From Bdellovibrionales bacterium (GTDB lineage Bacteria > Bdellovibrionota > Bdellovibrionia > Bdellovibrionales > JAGQZY01): a DNA stretch of 64,000 nt. Positions 29,154 to 38,856 of this stretch are shown here, one piece after another. Both the position numbers and the translations under genes were made by a program. Location: contig CBDCLX010000002.1 of NCBI GenBank assembly GCA_965218815.1, positions 2,201,074 through 2,265,073 on the forward strand, read 5' to 3'. The notes below the pieces were generated by a model. That model saw nothing but the letters and a program-made list of their open reading frames with translations, ran no database searches and was not told where the DNA came from. The first letter of the stretch is position 1. Each line of letters starts with the position of its first letter.

Positions 29154-29659
29154 TATACTGGTCCGGTTTGAGTTTTCCACCTAGACCATGCTTTGCAAAA
29201 TAGCTGGAAATTTGTAAACATATTTTTATGTCAAGATTTTTGAGAAAAAATGAACGCCAAAAACTCCTCTCTGAACTCCGATTAGAAAGAAATCGTCGAT
29301 TTGCAGAACGTATTAAGGTCATCCTTCTTTTCGATAATGGTGAAAAGGTGGCCGATATAGCAAAATTTCTTTTTTTTAGATGAAGGTTCTGTGAGGAACT
29401 ATAAAAAGCGTTTTGAGGAAGGTGGACTTGAAAAGCTTGTTAACGACCACTATATTGGCTGAACCAGTTTTTTGAATGAGTCAGAAAAGAAGCAATTGGC
29501 AAAAGAGCTGGAATTTCAGGTTTACCCGACAACACAGTCTGTTATTGATTTTGTCAAAGAAGAGTTTGGGGTGACCTATACAGTAGAATGAACTCTCAAC
29601 ACTCATTACTGATAACTTTCAGGCTATAGGAACCTGAAAACTCAAACCGGATCAGTATA
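29154..29659 (+). mobile_element. internally deleted IS630-family element (only the N-terminal HTH part of the transposase remains, with frameshift and stop), with intact ~24-bp TIRs
   Basis: TIRs tatactggtccggtttgagttttc / gaaaactcaaaccggatcagtata. ORF remnant MSRFLRKNERQKLLSELRLERNRRFAERIKVILLFDNGEKVADIAKFL, then (frameshift at a T-run) DEGSVRNYKKRFEEGGLEKL... This is typical IS630 HTH N-terminus. The DDE domain is absent. Confidence 0.8.
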
Positions 29660-29784
29660 CATAGGCATTATTTGGAATTTACCCGCTCTGAAAATTCTAT
29701 GATACTTCTCCTGGAAAATGGAAAATCTGGCATTTTAAAAGCATCCAGGAAAGTTAACTGTGGAAGAATAAAGAAAGTGACTTT

Positions 29785-30597
29785 ATGAAAGAAACCATTA
29801 TTTCCCCTGAAAACTTTAAAAAGATGGCCATGAATGATCTGTGGGAGGGATTACTATCCCCCTCTTTATGGTGGAACCTTTCATACCACGACATTAAGCA
29901 AAGATTCAGACGTTCAATCCTCGGTCCTTTCTGGTTAACTCTGAGTCTTGGAATAATGATTTCAACCCTTGGTTTTATTAATGCCAGGCTTTTTCATCAG
30001 GATATGATGAAAGCCATGCCTTCCATTGCCATTGGTATTATATTATGGAGTCTGTTTTCCAGCATTTTGACAGAGGGAGCCACAACCTTTGTAGAGGCTC
30101 AAAGATACATCCTCAATGTTTCCACCCCCATCAGTGTTCATTTCTATCGTATGGTTTCCAGAAACCTTATCATCTGGGGGCATAATATGTTGATCTATTT
30201 GGTTGTGTTTGTGTTTCTGGAAAAAGGTCCTTTTTTAAACTATCTCCTTTTTCTTCCAGGTTTTCTTTTGTTTCTCCTGATCTGCTGCTCGCTTGGATTG
30301 TTTATAGGGATCATTTCAACAAGGTTCAGAGATATCCACCAGATTGTAATTAACCTGTTACAGGTTTTATTTTTTATAACACCTGTGTTCTGGACAGTCA
30401 GTTCCTTTAAAGTCCGTCCTGTTTTTATCACATGGAATCCTCTCCACCATCTTTTAGATATTGTACGCTCTCCCCTTCTTGGAAAAACTCCTGATAGTGT
30501 CTCCTGGGTCATCGTATCCACCCTTGCAGTCATCAGTATCATTCTGACTATAGCATTGTACAGACGGACTTACTCCCGTATTCCTTACTGGGTATAG
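29785..30597 (+). CDS. wzm: polysaccharide ABC transporter permease (ABC-2 type; Wzm/RgpC-like)
   Basis: About 6 TM segments. The N-terminus LWWNLSYHDIKQRFRRSILGPFW is typical of the ABC-2 family. Confidence 0.85.
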   Translation: MKETIISPENFKKMAMNDLWEGLLSPSLWWNLSYHDIKQRFRRSILGPFWLTLSLGIMISTLGFINARLFHQDMMKAMPSIAIGIILWSLFSSILTEGATTFVEAQRYILNVSTPISVHFYRMVSRNLIIWGHNMLIYLVVFVFLEKGPFLNYLLFLPGFLLFLLICCSLGLFIGIISTRFRDIHQIVINLLQVLFFITPVFWTVSSFKVRPVFITWNPLHHLLDIVRSPLLGKTPDSVSWVIVSTLAVISIILTIALYRRTYSRIPYWV

Positions 30598-30607
30598 GTA
30601 AACAAAG

Positions 30608-31303
30608 ATGGTTCAGATATCTATTAAAAATATATCCGTGGAATTTAAAATTTATGGCCAAACTTCCCGATCTTTTAAAACCAAATTATTGAATCAAATG
30701 ACAGGTGGGGTTATAGATCATAACAAGGATGCCATTACTGTGAAGGCTTTGGACTCCTTCTCTCTTGAACTTAAAGAGGGTGATAGGGTGGGTTTGACTG
30801 GACATAATGGTGCAGGCAAAAGCACTCTTCTCAGGATTGTGGCAGGCATCTACAAACCCACATCAGGTTCTATCACTATAAGAGGTTCTGTTGGCACACT
30901 GATTGATATGACAGCTGGAATGGATCCCGAAGCCACAGGAGTGGAAAATATTTATTTAAGAGGTTATATCCTTGGTATGAATAAAAAGAAAATTCAAAGC
31001 CTTGTTGAGGAAATCTGTGATTTCACAGGTCTTGGAGATTTTATCAACCTCCCCATCAAAACATATTCGACAGGAATGGCCTCCCGACTCAGCTTAGCCC
31101 TGTCCACCTCCATTTCACCTGACATTCTTATTATTGATGAAGCCATTGGTGCAGGGGATGAAGAGTTCCAGGAACGTGCCTTTGCCCGTATCAATGAGTT
31201 TAAAAGCAAAGTCAAAATCCTGATTATGGCCAATCATAATAGAAATTTGTTAACACCTTACTGTAATAAAATTATTCAGATTAAAAGCGGAAGAATTATT
31301 TGA
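30608..31303 (+). CDS. wzt: polysaccharide ABC transporter ATP-binding protein (Wzt/RgpD-like, short form without C-terminal carbohydrate-binding domain)
   Basis: Walker A GHNGAGKSTL, signature-like YSTGMASRL, Walker B ILIIDEA. Confidence 0.88.
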   Translation: MVQISIKNISVEFKIYGQTSRSFKTKLLNQMTGGVIDHNKDAITVKALDSFSLELKEGDRVGLTGHNGAGKSTLLRIVAGIYKPTSGSITIRGSVGTLIDMTAGMDPEATGVENIYLRGYILGMNKKKIQSLVEEICDFTGLGDFINLPIKTYSTGMASRLSLALSTSISPDILIIDEAIGAGDEEFQERAFARINEFKSKVKILIMANHNRNLLTPYCNKIIQIKSGRII

Positions 31304-31426
31304 TGAGTATGAAAACGTAGAAACAAGAGGGCATCAAAAAACCTCTGGTCCTTTCAAAAACAAAAATTTTGTTGATATGAAAGAACAATATTACAATCTT
31401 ATTTTATGTGCGGGGTGTCCGCCGCT

Positions 31427-32443
31427 TTAAAGAATCCCATCTCTCATGAGAATTCTTTTTATTCCTTTTGCCGATCTTATGGTGTCATTTGCTTTAACTA
31501 TTTTAAACCAAGACTCTTTACTTATCCTTGTTTTTTGTTGTCTCAAAAAAAAATCAAGCTCCACAGGAGGTATGATATCTCTTTTAACAAGGTCCTTTTT
31601 AATGAAAGGAAAACCCATTTCTTCAACAAGGAAAAAAGCAAAGAAATGAGTATTATTCTTTACCGATAAAGTGTTTATTAACTTTTTGATATCAACATTT
31701 TTCCTGATTTCAAGAGTCCTCTGAAGAATATTAGTTGATGAAAATAAAACATGGGGGTAAACCCCTTCGGATGCCAAAGACTGCGTCAAACGTATTTCTC
31801 CTGCATGGATTGCATAAATCCTGTCACTCATTCTTTTGTATGTTTCCCAGTATTGCTGAAAGTGTTTTGATTGAAAAACTTTTTCGGAGACCACAAAAAA
31901 GAAAGCGCTAACATGATAATAGCTCTTGTAATTCTCAGTCATTCCAATAAAGTCTGTATTATTCTTCAATACCTGACCTATTGTTTTCTTAAAATTATCA
32001 GGAATAACCAAACAGGAGTCATTCATAAAGATAACTCTTTCCAAGTGAAAAAATTCCATGGATTTTAAGTACTCAAAACCTGTCTTGTATGAACCAAAGT
32101 CTCTGCCAAAGTTCTTTTGTTCAATAATAACAGCACACACATCCTTAAGTCCTTTAAGGGATTCTGAAGACAAAGGAATGGTTGAAACAAAAACGACTTG
32201 AACACCATAGTCATTCAGTACCTGGATAGTGTCCATTAAATTTTTTGAAACACATCCTTTTATAGGATAAGATGCAATAATGGCAATAAACTTCGCCTGA
32301 CTTAATGTCTTCTTTTCAAAAATAATCTTTTTTTTAAAAAATATCCTCTCATAAAAAAGAAAACGGCTAACAGAGAATACTCTGTAACAACAAAACAATA
32401 AATGCTTTGCACATCTTCTTAAAAGGTGTCTCAATAATTCCAT
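31427..32443 (-). CDS. RgpF-like glycosyltransferase, copy 3
   Basis: Same family motifs. The N-terminal 21 aa are identical to copy 2, and the C-terminal tail (KIVKANDTIRSAKGIK) is as in copy 1. Confidence 0.75.
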   Translation of the reverse strand: MELLRHLLRRCAKHLLFCCYRVFSVSRFLFYERIFFKKKIIFEKKTLSQAKFIAIIASYPIKGCVSKNLMDTIQVLNDYGVQVVFVSTIPLSSESLKGLKDVCAVIIEQKNFGRDFGSYKTGFEYLKSMEFFHLERVIFMNDSCLVIPDNFKKTIGQVLKNNTDFIGMTENYKSYYHVSAFFFVVSEKVFQSKHFQQYWETYKRMSDRIYAIHAGEIRLTQSLASEGVYPHVLFSSTNILQRTLEIRKNVDIKKLINTLSVKNNTHFFAFFLVEEMGFPFIKKDLVKRDIIPPVELDFFLRQQKTRISKESWFKIVKANDTIRSAKGIKRILMRDGIL

Positions 32444-32552
32444 TTTTTTTTCTTACACCACCACAAAAACTGTTTCAACTGGAATTCCTGTCATTACACA
32501 GCGATTTTGTCGGTATCGGTGCGTCATCAAAAAATCTTAAATAAATTCTTGA

Positions 32553-32972
32553 CAAAGAATCCGGGAGGCCAGGAACAGAGGCGGCCCCAGGCCCTTTAAA
32601 GGGCCGGTCCGCCAGTACAAATCGATTCCCAAGCCCCTGAAAGGCAGTGAGTCTCATCTTCAGGGATTTACTTTTTTGCTTACTTTTTTAGTAACTGCTC
32701 ACACCCTTTTAAAATTTGGGTTTTTACCTTTGGATTATGGCCTCGGTATGTTTGAAGATGACGATCATTGCAAAACCATACAATCAAAGGGCTACATCAC
32801 AGCCGTTGCGGAAGATGGATTTATTCATCACCACTTATCTGCGACCTTCAAAAAACTGGATGAACAGAAGTTCATGGCCCTTTTTGAGAGAAACAAACGT
32901 ATCTTTGAGAGTAAATGGGGTCCATGGAAAAGTCACCAACACCGAAAATCACGTCCAATGATGAGTCTCTGA
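32553..32972 (+). pseudogene. C-terminal fragment (~140 codons) of a GT2 glycosyltransferase, 5' part missing
   Basis: The open frame from 32553 reads ...FLPLDYGLGMFEDDDHCKTIQSKGYITAVAEDGFIHHHLSATFKKL...FERNKRIFESKWG (the GMFEDDD...AEDxFxHH motif of a GT2 subfamily). There is no catalytic N-domain and no ATG, and it abuts RgpF-like unit 3. Confidence 0.6.
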
Positions 32973-34082
32973 ATGATCCATTGTGTACTTTTTTAGCACG
33001 TTTACGATTCTCCGGGCACTCTGTCCGTCTCCATAGGGTGAAATATTTCGTGCCATGGCCAGATAAGCCTCCTCGTCATCCAATAAGCGTTGAGCCTCCT
33101 CCACAATCCGATCATGATGAGACCCAACCAGTTTCACCACACCCTCTTTAACAGCTTCAGGACGTTCCGTTTCCTCTCTCAATACCAACACGGGTTTACC
33201 CAGAGCAGGAGCTTCCTCCTGAATCCCCCCGGAGTCACTGATAATCATATACGATCTTCTCATAACCGCCACGAAAGATTCATAATCCAAGGGTGGGCAC
33301 AAATGAATGTTAGGTGCCATTAATACCTTGTGAGCAACTTCATGAATATTGGGATTCGGGTGTACGGGATAAAGGAACTGAACATCAGGATAATTCACAG
33401 CCAAAGTTTGCAATGCCCTACAAATCTCACGAAGAGGCTTGCCAAAATTCTCCCTGCGATGAGCTGTCACCAGTACAAGTCGTCGACCAGGATCCAACTC
33501 AAACTCCGACAACTCTGCCGAGCAGCCTCTACTTTCCATCAATAACAGTGTATCAATGACTGTGTTGCCCGTGACCGTAATAGCCTCTCCCGGAACTCCC
33601 TCCCGAAGCAGATTCTGGCGTGAACTCTCCGTCGGTGCGAAATGCCAACGTGCCAAACGCCCCGCTATAATACGATTCGCCTCTTCCGGAAAAGGGCTTT
33701 GAATGTCCCCTGTACGCAAACCAGCTTCCACATGTCCAACAGAAATATGATGATAAAAGCAGGCTAAGGCCAGAGTCATAACAGTGGTTGTATCACCCTG
33801 AACCAACACAATATCAGGTCTTTCCTCTTCAAGAAGACTATCAAGTTCTAAAAGCAGACGTGCCGTCAAAGTTGTCAATGATTGATTGGGTTGCATGATA
33901 TTCAAATCAATGTCAGGTTCAATATCAAATAAGTTTAATACCTGATCCAACATCTTTCGATGTTGAGCCGTTGCCAGTACACGCACTTTGGCCCATGATT
34001 CACTTTTCAATGCAAGAATCACCGGAACCATCTTGATAGCTTCAGGTCGGGTTCCGATGACACACATTATTTTTTTTGACAT
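32949..34082 (-). CDS. wecB: UDP-N-acetylglucosamine 2-epimerase (non-hydrolysing)
   Basis: [51 protein letters not shown]. Confidence 0.93.
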   Translation of the reverse strand: [377 protein letters not shown]

Positions 34083-34111
34083 CTCAACAGCTCTTAAATA
34101 AATCGGTGGAA

Positions 34112-34690
34112 TTAAAAGATGTCAAACCTGATGCCAATAATGATCTTAAAGTACAAGCCACTGAGGTTGATAGTCTTCCCATTGTTCCTGTTCTTGTAAA
34201 CCTGATCAATGGTGTAACCCAACTCTCCCACAAGACTCACAAAATCCATGGGAAAACCGGTCTCGGCAGCAATAGTGTAAGTGAAATCAGATCTGGATTT
34301 TAAATTCCCAAAACTTTTATGAATATCCACTTTATTGCTAAAACCCACAGTTCCAGTGGCTCCCACAAAAACAAAAGAATCAACAAAACGATAATTCATG
34401 AGAAGAGACAGTCTGTTCAACTTGGATTTTTTATCCCCGGAGTTTTTGTCTTTCAATTTGAAGTTCATGTCTTCATAGCGAAGTCCCAAACCAAAAGGAC
34501 TCTCAGGGAAACGAACAAAGGCATCAATATTGAGACCTTTGAAATCTTTTAAATCAGCCGTTGAGTATTTTTTGTCTTCAGTGGCCTGAAGACCATAGCC
34601 CCCCCGTATATTCAGGGAAGCAAAAGCATGGTTCACAAAAAAAAGAATGGGAAAAACACTGAGAATTTGTTTCTTCATAACACTTTTCAT
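34112..34690 (-). CDS. small outer-membrane beta-barrel protein
   Basis: Signal peptide (…VNHAFA), alternating hydrophobic beta-strand pattern, C-terminal ...GIRFDIF with terminal Phe. Confidence 0.7.
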   Translation of the reverse strand: MKSVMKKQILSVFPILFFVNHAFASLNIRGGYGLQATEDKKYSTADLKDFKGLNIDAFVRFPESPFGLGLRYEDMNFKLKDKNSGDKKSKLNRLSLLMNYRFVDSFVFVGATGTVGFSNKVDIHKSFGNLKSRSDFTYTIAAETGFPMDFVSLVGELGYTIDQVYKNRNNGKTINLSGLYFKIIIGIRFDIF

Positions 34691-34775
34691 AATGCCCTCC
34701 TGGAAACTTCATGGAAACCCAAACCAAATGAGTCCGTCAAATAAGTCCGTGTATGCTGGTTCCATTTGGTTTTCA

Positions 34776-34822
34776 GGTATTTCAGAAGACAAAACCGTGA
34801 AATCCCAAACACGACCAGTGTA
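34776..34822. mobile_element. MITE right-end remnant
   Basis: aaaaccgtgaaatcccaaacacgaccagtgta resembles the right half of the 58145..58218 copy. No left end. Confidence 0.5.
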
Positions 34823-35066
34823 TTTACATGACTCCATATTTTTGACTTCAGGGCAAGTGGAAAATTAACAAATCATCCTCTTGTGTCATATGTGTCACAA
34901 ACCCGATTTTGGATGAGATGAACGTGGGACAATGGGAATCAGGACTTGGAATCTGCTGAACATACGCCGCAAGAAGAGGAAAAATCAGTGTCTCACAAAA
35001 GAGGGACATAAAAAATCATTCCATACACGGATAAACAGATAATACGGCAGAGGCCAAAGAGACAAA

Positions 35067-35351
35067 TTATTGTGAATTCTGCCCCATAAGCATTTCCCCG
35101 GGGGTGTAATATTTTTTCTGGCTGTTGCAGGGTTTGCAGGCCACCACCACATTCCCCCTGGAATTGGTGCCACCACGGGATAAGGGCAACTTGTGATCCA
35201 TGGTGAGTTCCTCTCCTGAAAAACTTTGACCACAATAATAACAATGACCTGTGGCCAGCTTCTGTTTCCACCATCCTGTCTTCCGAAGCTGTCTGGCTTT
35301 CTCCTTCTCTTTTTTTATCTGTTTTTCGCTCACAAAACCATGGACAATCAT
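35067..35351 (-). CDS. small HNH endonuclease family protein (YajD-like)
   Basis: CYYCGQSF...LTMDHKLPLSRGG...NVVVACKPCNSQK. Start at ATG 35351 with a gaggtgagga RBS. Confidence 0.8.
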   Translation of the reverse strand: MIVHGFVSEKQIKKEKEKARQLRKTGWWKQKLATGHCYYCGQSFSGEELTMDHKLPLSRGGTNSRGNVVVACKPCNSQKKYYTPGEMLMGQNSQ

Positions 35352-35520
35352 AAAAATCCTCACCTCTGTTTCTGACTTGTTGCACAATAATTCGGGAATT
35401 GCAAAGAATTATTTATACTCAAAAATGGTATAATAGTACAAGAGAAGAGGGTATAATGGTACGGAAGAAGAGGGTGCAGCAAGCAATGGTACAAAATGAC
35501 ACAAACACTTTAGCCAGTGG

Positions 35521-35772
35521 GTGGCAATGACTCCGGAACAGATCAAACAAAGACTTGAGGAGACCTATCCCGATTCTTTTGTGGATGTGACCGACCTGAC
35601 TGGCACCCGGGATCACTACTCAGTTTATGTGGCCTCCCGGGTTTTTGAAAACATGAGTCGCATTGAAAGACACAAACACGTTATGAAGGCATTTGATCAG
35701 GAGTTAAAAACCGGAGAGGTTCACGCCCTGACCATACGAACCGATGAAAAAACAGAAAACAAAGGAGACTGA
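35521..35772 (+). CDS. bolA: BolA family protein
   Basis: ...VDVTDLTGTRDHYSVYVASRVFENMSRIERHKHVMKAF...EVHALTIRT. Immediately upstream of the monothiol glutaredoxin gene. Confidence 0.85.
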   Translation: MAMTPEQIKQRLEETYPDSFVDVTDLTGTRDHYSVYVASRVFENMSRIERHKHVMKAFDQELKTGEVHALTIRTDEKTENKGD

Positions 35773-35774
35773 AA

Positions 35775-36080
35775 ATGACCACCCGTGAACGTATCGAACA
35801 ATTACTCAGGGACAATGGTGTTGTCCTGTTTATGAAAGGAACCCCTGAATCCCCCCAATGCGGTTTTTCCGCCAGAGCCTCAGCGATCCTCTCAGAAATA
35901 AATATTGATTATCACACCGTGGATGTTCTGGAAGATCTTGAAATTCGTCAGGGAATAAAGGACTTCAGTCAATGGCCCACCATTCCCCAACTCTATGTCA
36001 ATCAGGAACTTATTGGTGGCAGTGACATTATGATGGAAATGTTTGAGTCAGGGGAACTGAAAGAATCCCTTTCACAATAG
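35775..36080 (+). CDS. grxD: monothiol glutaredoxin (Grx4 family)
   Basis: VVLFMKGTPESPQCGFS active site, WPTIPQLYVNQELIGGSDI. Confidence 0.93.
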   Translation: MTTRERIEQLLRDNGVVLFMKGTPESPQCGFSARASAILSEINIDYHTVDVLEDLEIRQGIKDFSQWPTIPQLYVNQELIGGSDIMMEMFESGELKESLSQ

Positions 36081-36090
36081 AGTGATCTTA

Positions 36091-36195
36091 CCCGCACTTC
36101 TCATAAACTTTCGTAACGAAGCTGTCAAAATACCTCTACAAAAGGGGAAGCGGACCGAAAGTCGTTGAAGTCCCAGCCCGCATTTCTGGAGAGGT
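36091..36195. repeat. REP/BIME-like family B, long variant
   Basis: cccgcacttctcataaactttcgtaacgaagctgtc ... cgaaagtcgttgaagtcccagcccgcatttctgg. Begins 11 nt after the grxD stop. Confidence 0.7.
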
Positions 36196-36250
36196 CATTT
36201 TATCCTGCTTACACCCTTGACTTGGGCTTCCCCAAATTGAGTGGAGAGTT

Positions 36251-36324
36251 TATACTGGTCGTGTTTGGATTTCCACGGAAGTTTCTTTATTGAAAAACTG
36301 GAAATTTCAAACATGATCAGTTTA
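36251..36324. mobile_element. IS630-type MITE copy A4 (subtype with different core)
   Basis: tatactggtcgtgtttggatttcc...ctggaaatttcaaacatgatcagttta. Ends 7 nt from the murD stop codon. Confidence 0.75.
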
Positions 36325-36330
36325 TTTGAC

Positions 36331-37776
36331 TCATTTAAAGTTTTTGACAATTTCCTTAAAATAGTCGCCCCGTTCAGCATAATTATCAAAAATATCAAAA
36401 CTGGAACAGCCTGGAGACATTAAAACCACATCCCCAATACGGGACTTCTGATAGGCAATCAAAATGGCCTCTTCAAAAGTCCCTATTAAAAAAGTTTCAG
36501 AGGCATCCCCGATATCCCGATTGATTTTCTCTTTGGTCTCTCCAAAAAGAATCAGTGATTTCACCTTTTTTTTCACAGAATCAAAGACAGGCTCGTAATT
36601 GATCCCGGTGTCCTTGCCCCCCATAATGAGAATCACATTTTCATCAAAAGCATCAAGGGCTTTTTTCACCGCATGAACATTGGTGGCCTTTGAATCATTA
36701 AAAAACCGCACTCCACCAACACGTCTCACATATTCCAGACGATGGGGAAGACCCCTGAATTCGGTGATGACTTTCTGAACAGCCTCAGAAGTGGCACCAT
36801 GTTGACGGGCTGCAAGCAGGGCCGCCATAAAATTTTCCACCATATGTTGATAGCGAATCCTGGCTTCTCCAATGGTAAAAATCTCCACTTCAGGACCTGT
36901 TCTGATATTCACCACACCTTTCCTAAGCTCTGTCACATCCAGAAGGGAATCCCTCACCTTTAAGTCCTTTCTGATATTCACCACACCACCGATTTCCATA
37001 ATCTGGGGTTCCAGTGCCTTTTTATGGGAAAAATATAAAATGCGGCCTCTTTGAACAGAAGGGTCACGGGCCAGTTCAATAATGGCATTGTCATCAGCAT
37101 TAAGAACACTGGTTGTCTTTGGATTGGTGTTCAGAAAAATTTTCCTTTTTGCATTCACATAGTCTTCCATGGATCTGTGACGATCCTGATGATCCTCAGC
37201 CAGATTTGTAAACACAATGTTTTTGGGGTTGAACTTCTCACAATGTTCCAACTGAAAGCTGGAAACCTCCAGAACCAGAACATCCGACTTTTTACCTGAA
37301 CTCAGGTAATTCACAAGAGGTTGACTGTAGTTTCCCCCAACCCAGACATTCACACCGGATTCCTTCAACATTTTATAAATCAGAAAAGTCACCGTTGTTT
37401 TACCATTGGTGCCTGTGACAGCCACCACAGGCTCCCTGACAAACCAGGATGAAAACTCAAACTCCCCTGTGACTTTAATATTATTATTTCTGGCGTAATC
37501 AAAAATCTTGAGACCGGAGGAAACCCCGGGACTGAGAATAATCAATTCCTGTTGAAGAAATTTTTTGGGCGTGTGTCCGCCAAGATCCAGTTCCAATGGC
37601 AACTTTTCCAGTTTTTCCAGAGCATTGGAAAGTTCCGCTTTGGATTTGTGGTCAGTGACCGTGACTTTAGCCCCGTGTTCACAGAGAAAACAGGACAGGA
37701 AAACACCTGTTTTGCCAAGCCCCACAACCATGATTTTACGATCTTTCAATTGGGAAATATCATCAAACATTTTCAT
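36331..37776 (-). CDS. murD: UDP-N-acetylmuramoylalanine--D-glutamate ligase
   Basis: VVGLGKTG, VTGTNGKTTV. Start ATG 37776 overlaps the mraY stop (TGATG). Confidence 0.93.
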   Translation of the reverse strand: MKMFDDISQLKDRKIMVVGLGKTGVFLSCFLCEHGAKVTVTDHKSKAELSNALEKLEKLPLELDLGGHTPKKFLQQELIILSPGVSSGLKIFDYARNNNIKVTGEFEFSSWFVREPVVAVTGTNGKTTVTFLIYKMLKESGVNVWVGGNYSQPLVNYLSSGKKSDVLVLEVSSFQLEHCEKFNPKNIVFTNLAEDHQDRHRSMEDYVNAKRKIFLNTNPKTTSVLNADDNAIIELARDPSVQRGRILYFSHKKALEPQIMEIGGVVNIRKDLKVRDSLLDVTELRKGVVNIRTGPEVEIFTIGEARIRYQHMVENFMAALLAARQHGATSEAVQKVITEFRGLPHRLEYVRRVGGVRFFNDSKATNVHAVKKALDAFDENVILIMGGKDTGINYEPVFDSVKKKVKSLILFGETKEKINRDIGDASETFLIGTFEEAILIAYQKSRIGDVVLMSPGCSSFDIFDNYAERGDYFKEIVKNFK

Positions 37777-38855
37777 CACCTTAACTTTAATGTGCTTAAA
37801 CTTAAAACAGCCAACAAAATGGAAACAATCCAAAAACGAACAATAATTTTAGCTTCATCCAACCCCTTGAGTTCGTAGTGGTGGTGAATGGGAGCCATAC
37901 GAAAAATCCTTTTACCAGTTAATTTATAGGAAATCACCTGAGTGATTACAGAAAGAGCCTCTATCACAAAAACCCCCCCCAACAAAACCATAACCAGTTC
38001 ATTTTTGGTTAAAACGGCCACCATGCCCAAAAATCCCCCCAGACTGAGACTTCCAAGGTCACCCATGAAGACCTGGGCCGGATAGGTGTTAAACCATAAA
38101 AATCCAAGACCCGCAGCCACAACAGCCGCTGAAACAGGAGTCAGCTCCCCCGCTCCACTGATAAAAGGGATGCCAAGATAAGAGGCAATTTCATAATGAC
38201 CGGCCACATAGGAGAAAAGCCCCAGAGTTCCGGCACAAACAATCACCGGTCCCACGGCAAGGCCATCAAGCCCGTCAGTCAGATTCACCGCATTGGCCGT
38301 CCCTGTAACCACAAGACTCCCAAAAGCAATGTAAAAAAGTCCCATATCAAAACTGATGTTTTTAAAAAAAGGAAGACTGAGCCGGGTGGACAGAAAGTTA
38401 TTTTGAATCAGGTAATACAAAACAGAAGCTGAGACAAAAAACTCCAGGAAAAGCCGTAATCGACCGGAAAGACCTGCACTGTTTCCCCTCATAACCTTGT
38501 TACGATCATCAATATATCCAATCAACGAAAAACCAATGGTGACAATCATGGTGGACACCACCAGGGCATTGGTGACATCCATCCACAAACAAAAGGGAAT
38601 CAGAAGGGATAATAAAATCAATCCTCCCCCCATTGTGGGAGTTCCCGCTTTCACCTGATGTCTCCCGGGAGTGTCTTCCCTGATGTTGGACAATTTTTCC
38701 TGTTTTCTTCTTAAACGACGAATGTATCGGGGACCCACCAGATAACAGATCACAAAAGCCGTAAAAAAGGAGACAAAAGTTCTCAGGGTAATATAACGGA
38801 AGACATTAAAAAACCCATGTTGATCTGAAAGTTCTGTTAACCATTGATAAAGCAT
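37776..38855 (-). CDS. mraY: phospho-N-acetylmuramoyl-pentapeptide transferase
   Basis: [38 protein letters not shown]. Confidence 0.95.
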   Translation of the reverse strand: MLYQWLTELSDQHGFFNVFRYITLRTFVSFFTAFVICYLVGPRYIRRLRRKQEKLSNIREDTPGRHQVKAGTPTMGGGLILLSLLIPFCLWMDVTNALVVSTMIVTIGFSLIGYIDDRNKVMRGNSAGLSGRLRLFLEFFVSASVLYYLIQNNFLSTRLSLPFFKNISFDMGLFYIAFGSLVVTGTANAVNLTDGLDGLAVGPVIVCAGTLGLFSYVAGHYEIASYLGIPFISGAGELTPVSAAVVAAGLGFLWFNTYPAQVFMGDLGSLSLGGFLGMVAVLTKNELVMVLLGGVFVIEALSVITQVISYKLTGKRIFRMAPIHHHYELKGLDEAKIIVRFWIVSILLAVLSLSTLKLR

Positions 38856-38856
38856 A

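Noticed and set aside
32590-32605. Perfect 16-nt GC-rich palindrome GGCCCTTTAAAGGGCC in an otherwise A+T-rich region
   Set aside because: It lies inside the open frame of the GT2 relic (GPRPFKGPV) and is not followed by a T-run. It is most simply coding sequence of the decayed gene.
36196-36228. The 17-nt match ttttatcctgcttayac, shared with 55811-55827 just downstream of the IS91 fragment and possibly an IS terminus
   Set aside because: It is too short and there are only two copies. The assignment cannot be supported without a full-length IS91 copy for comparison.
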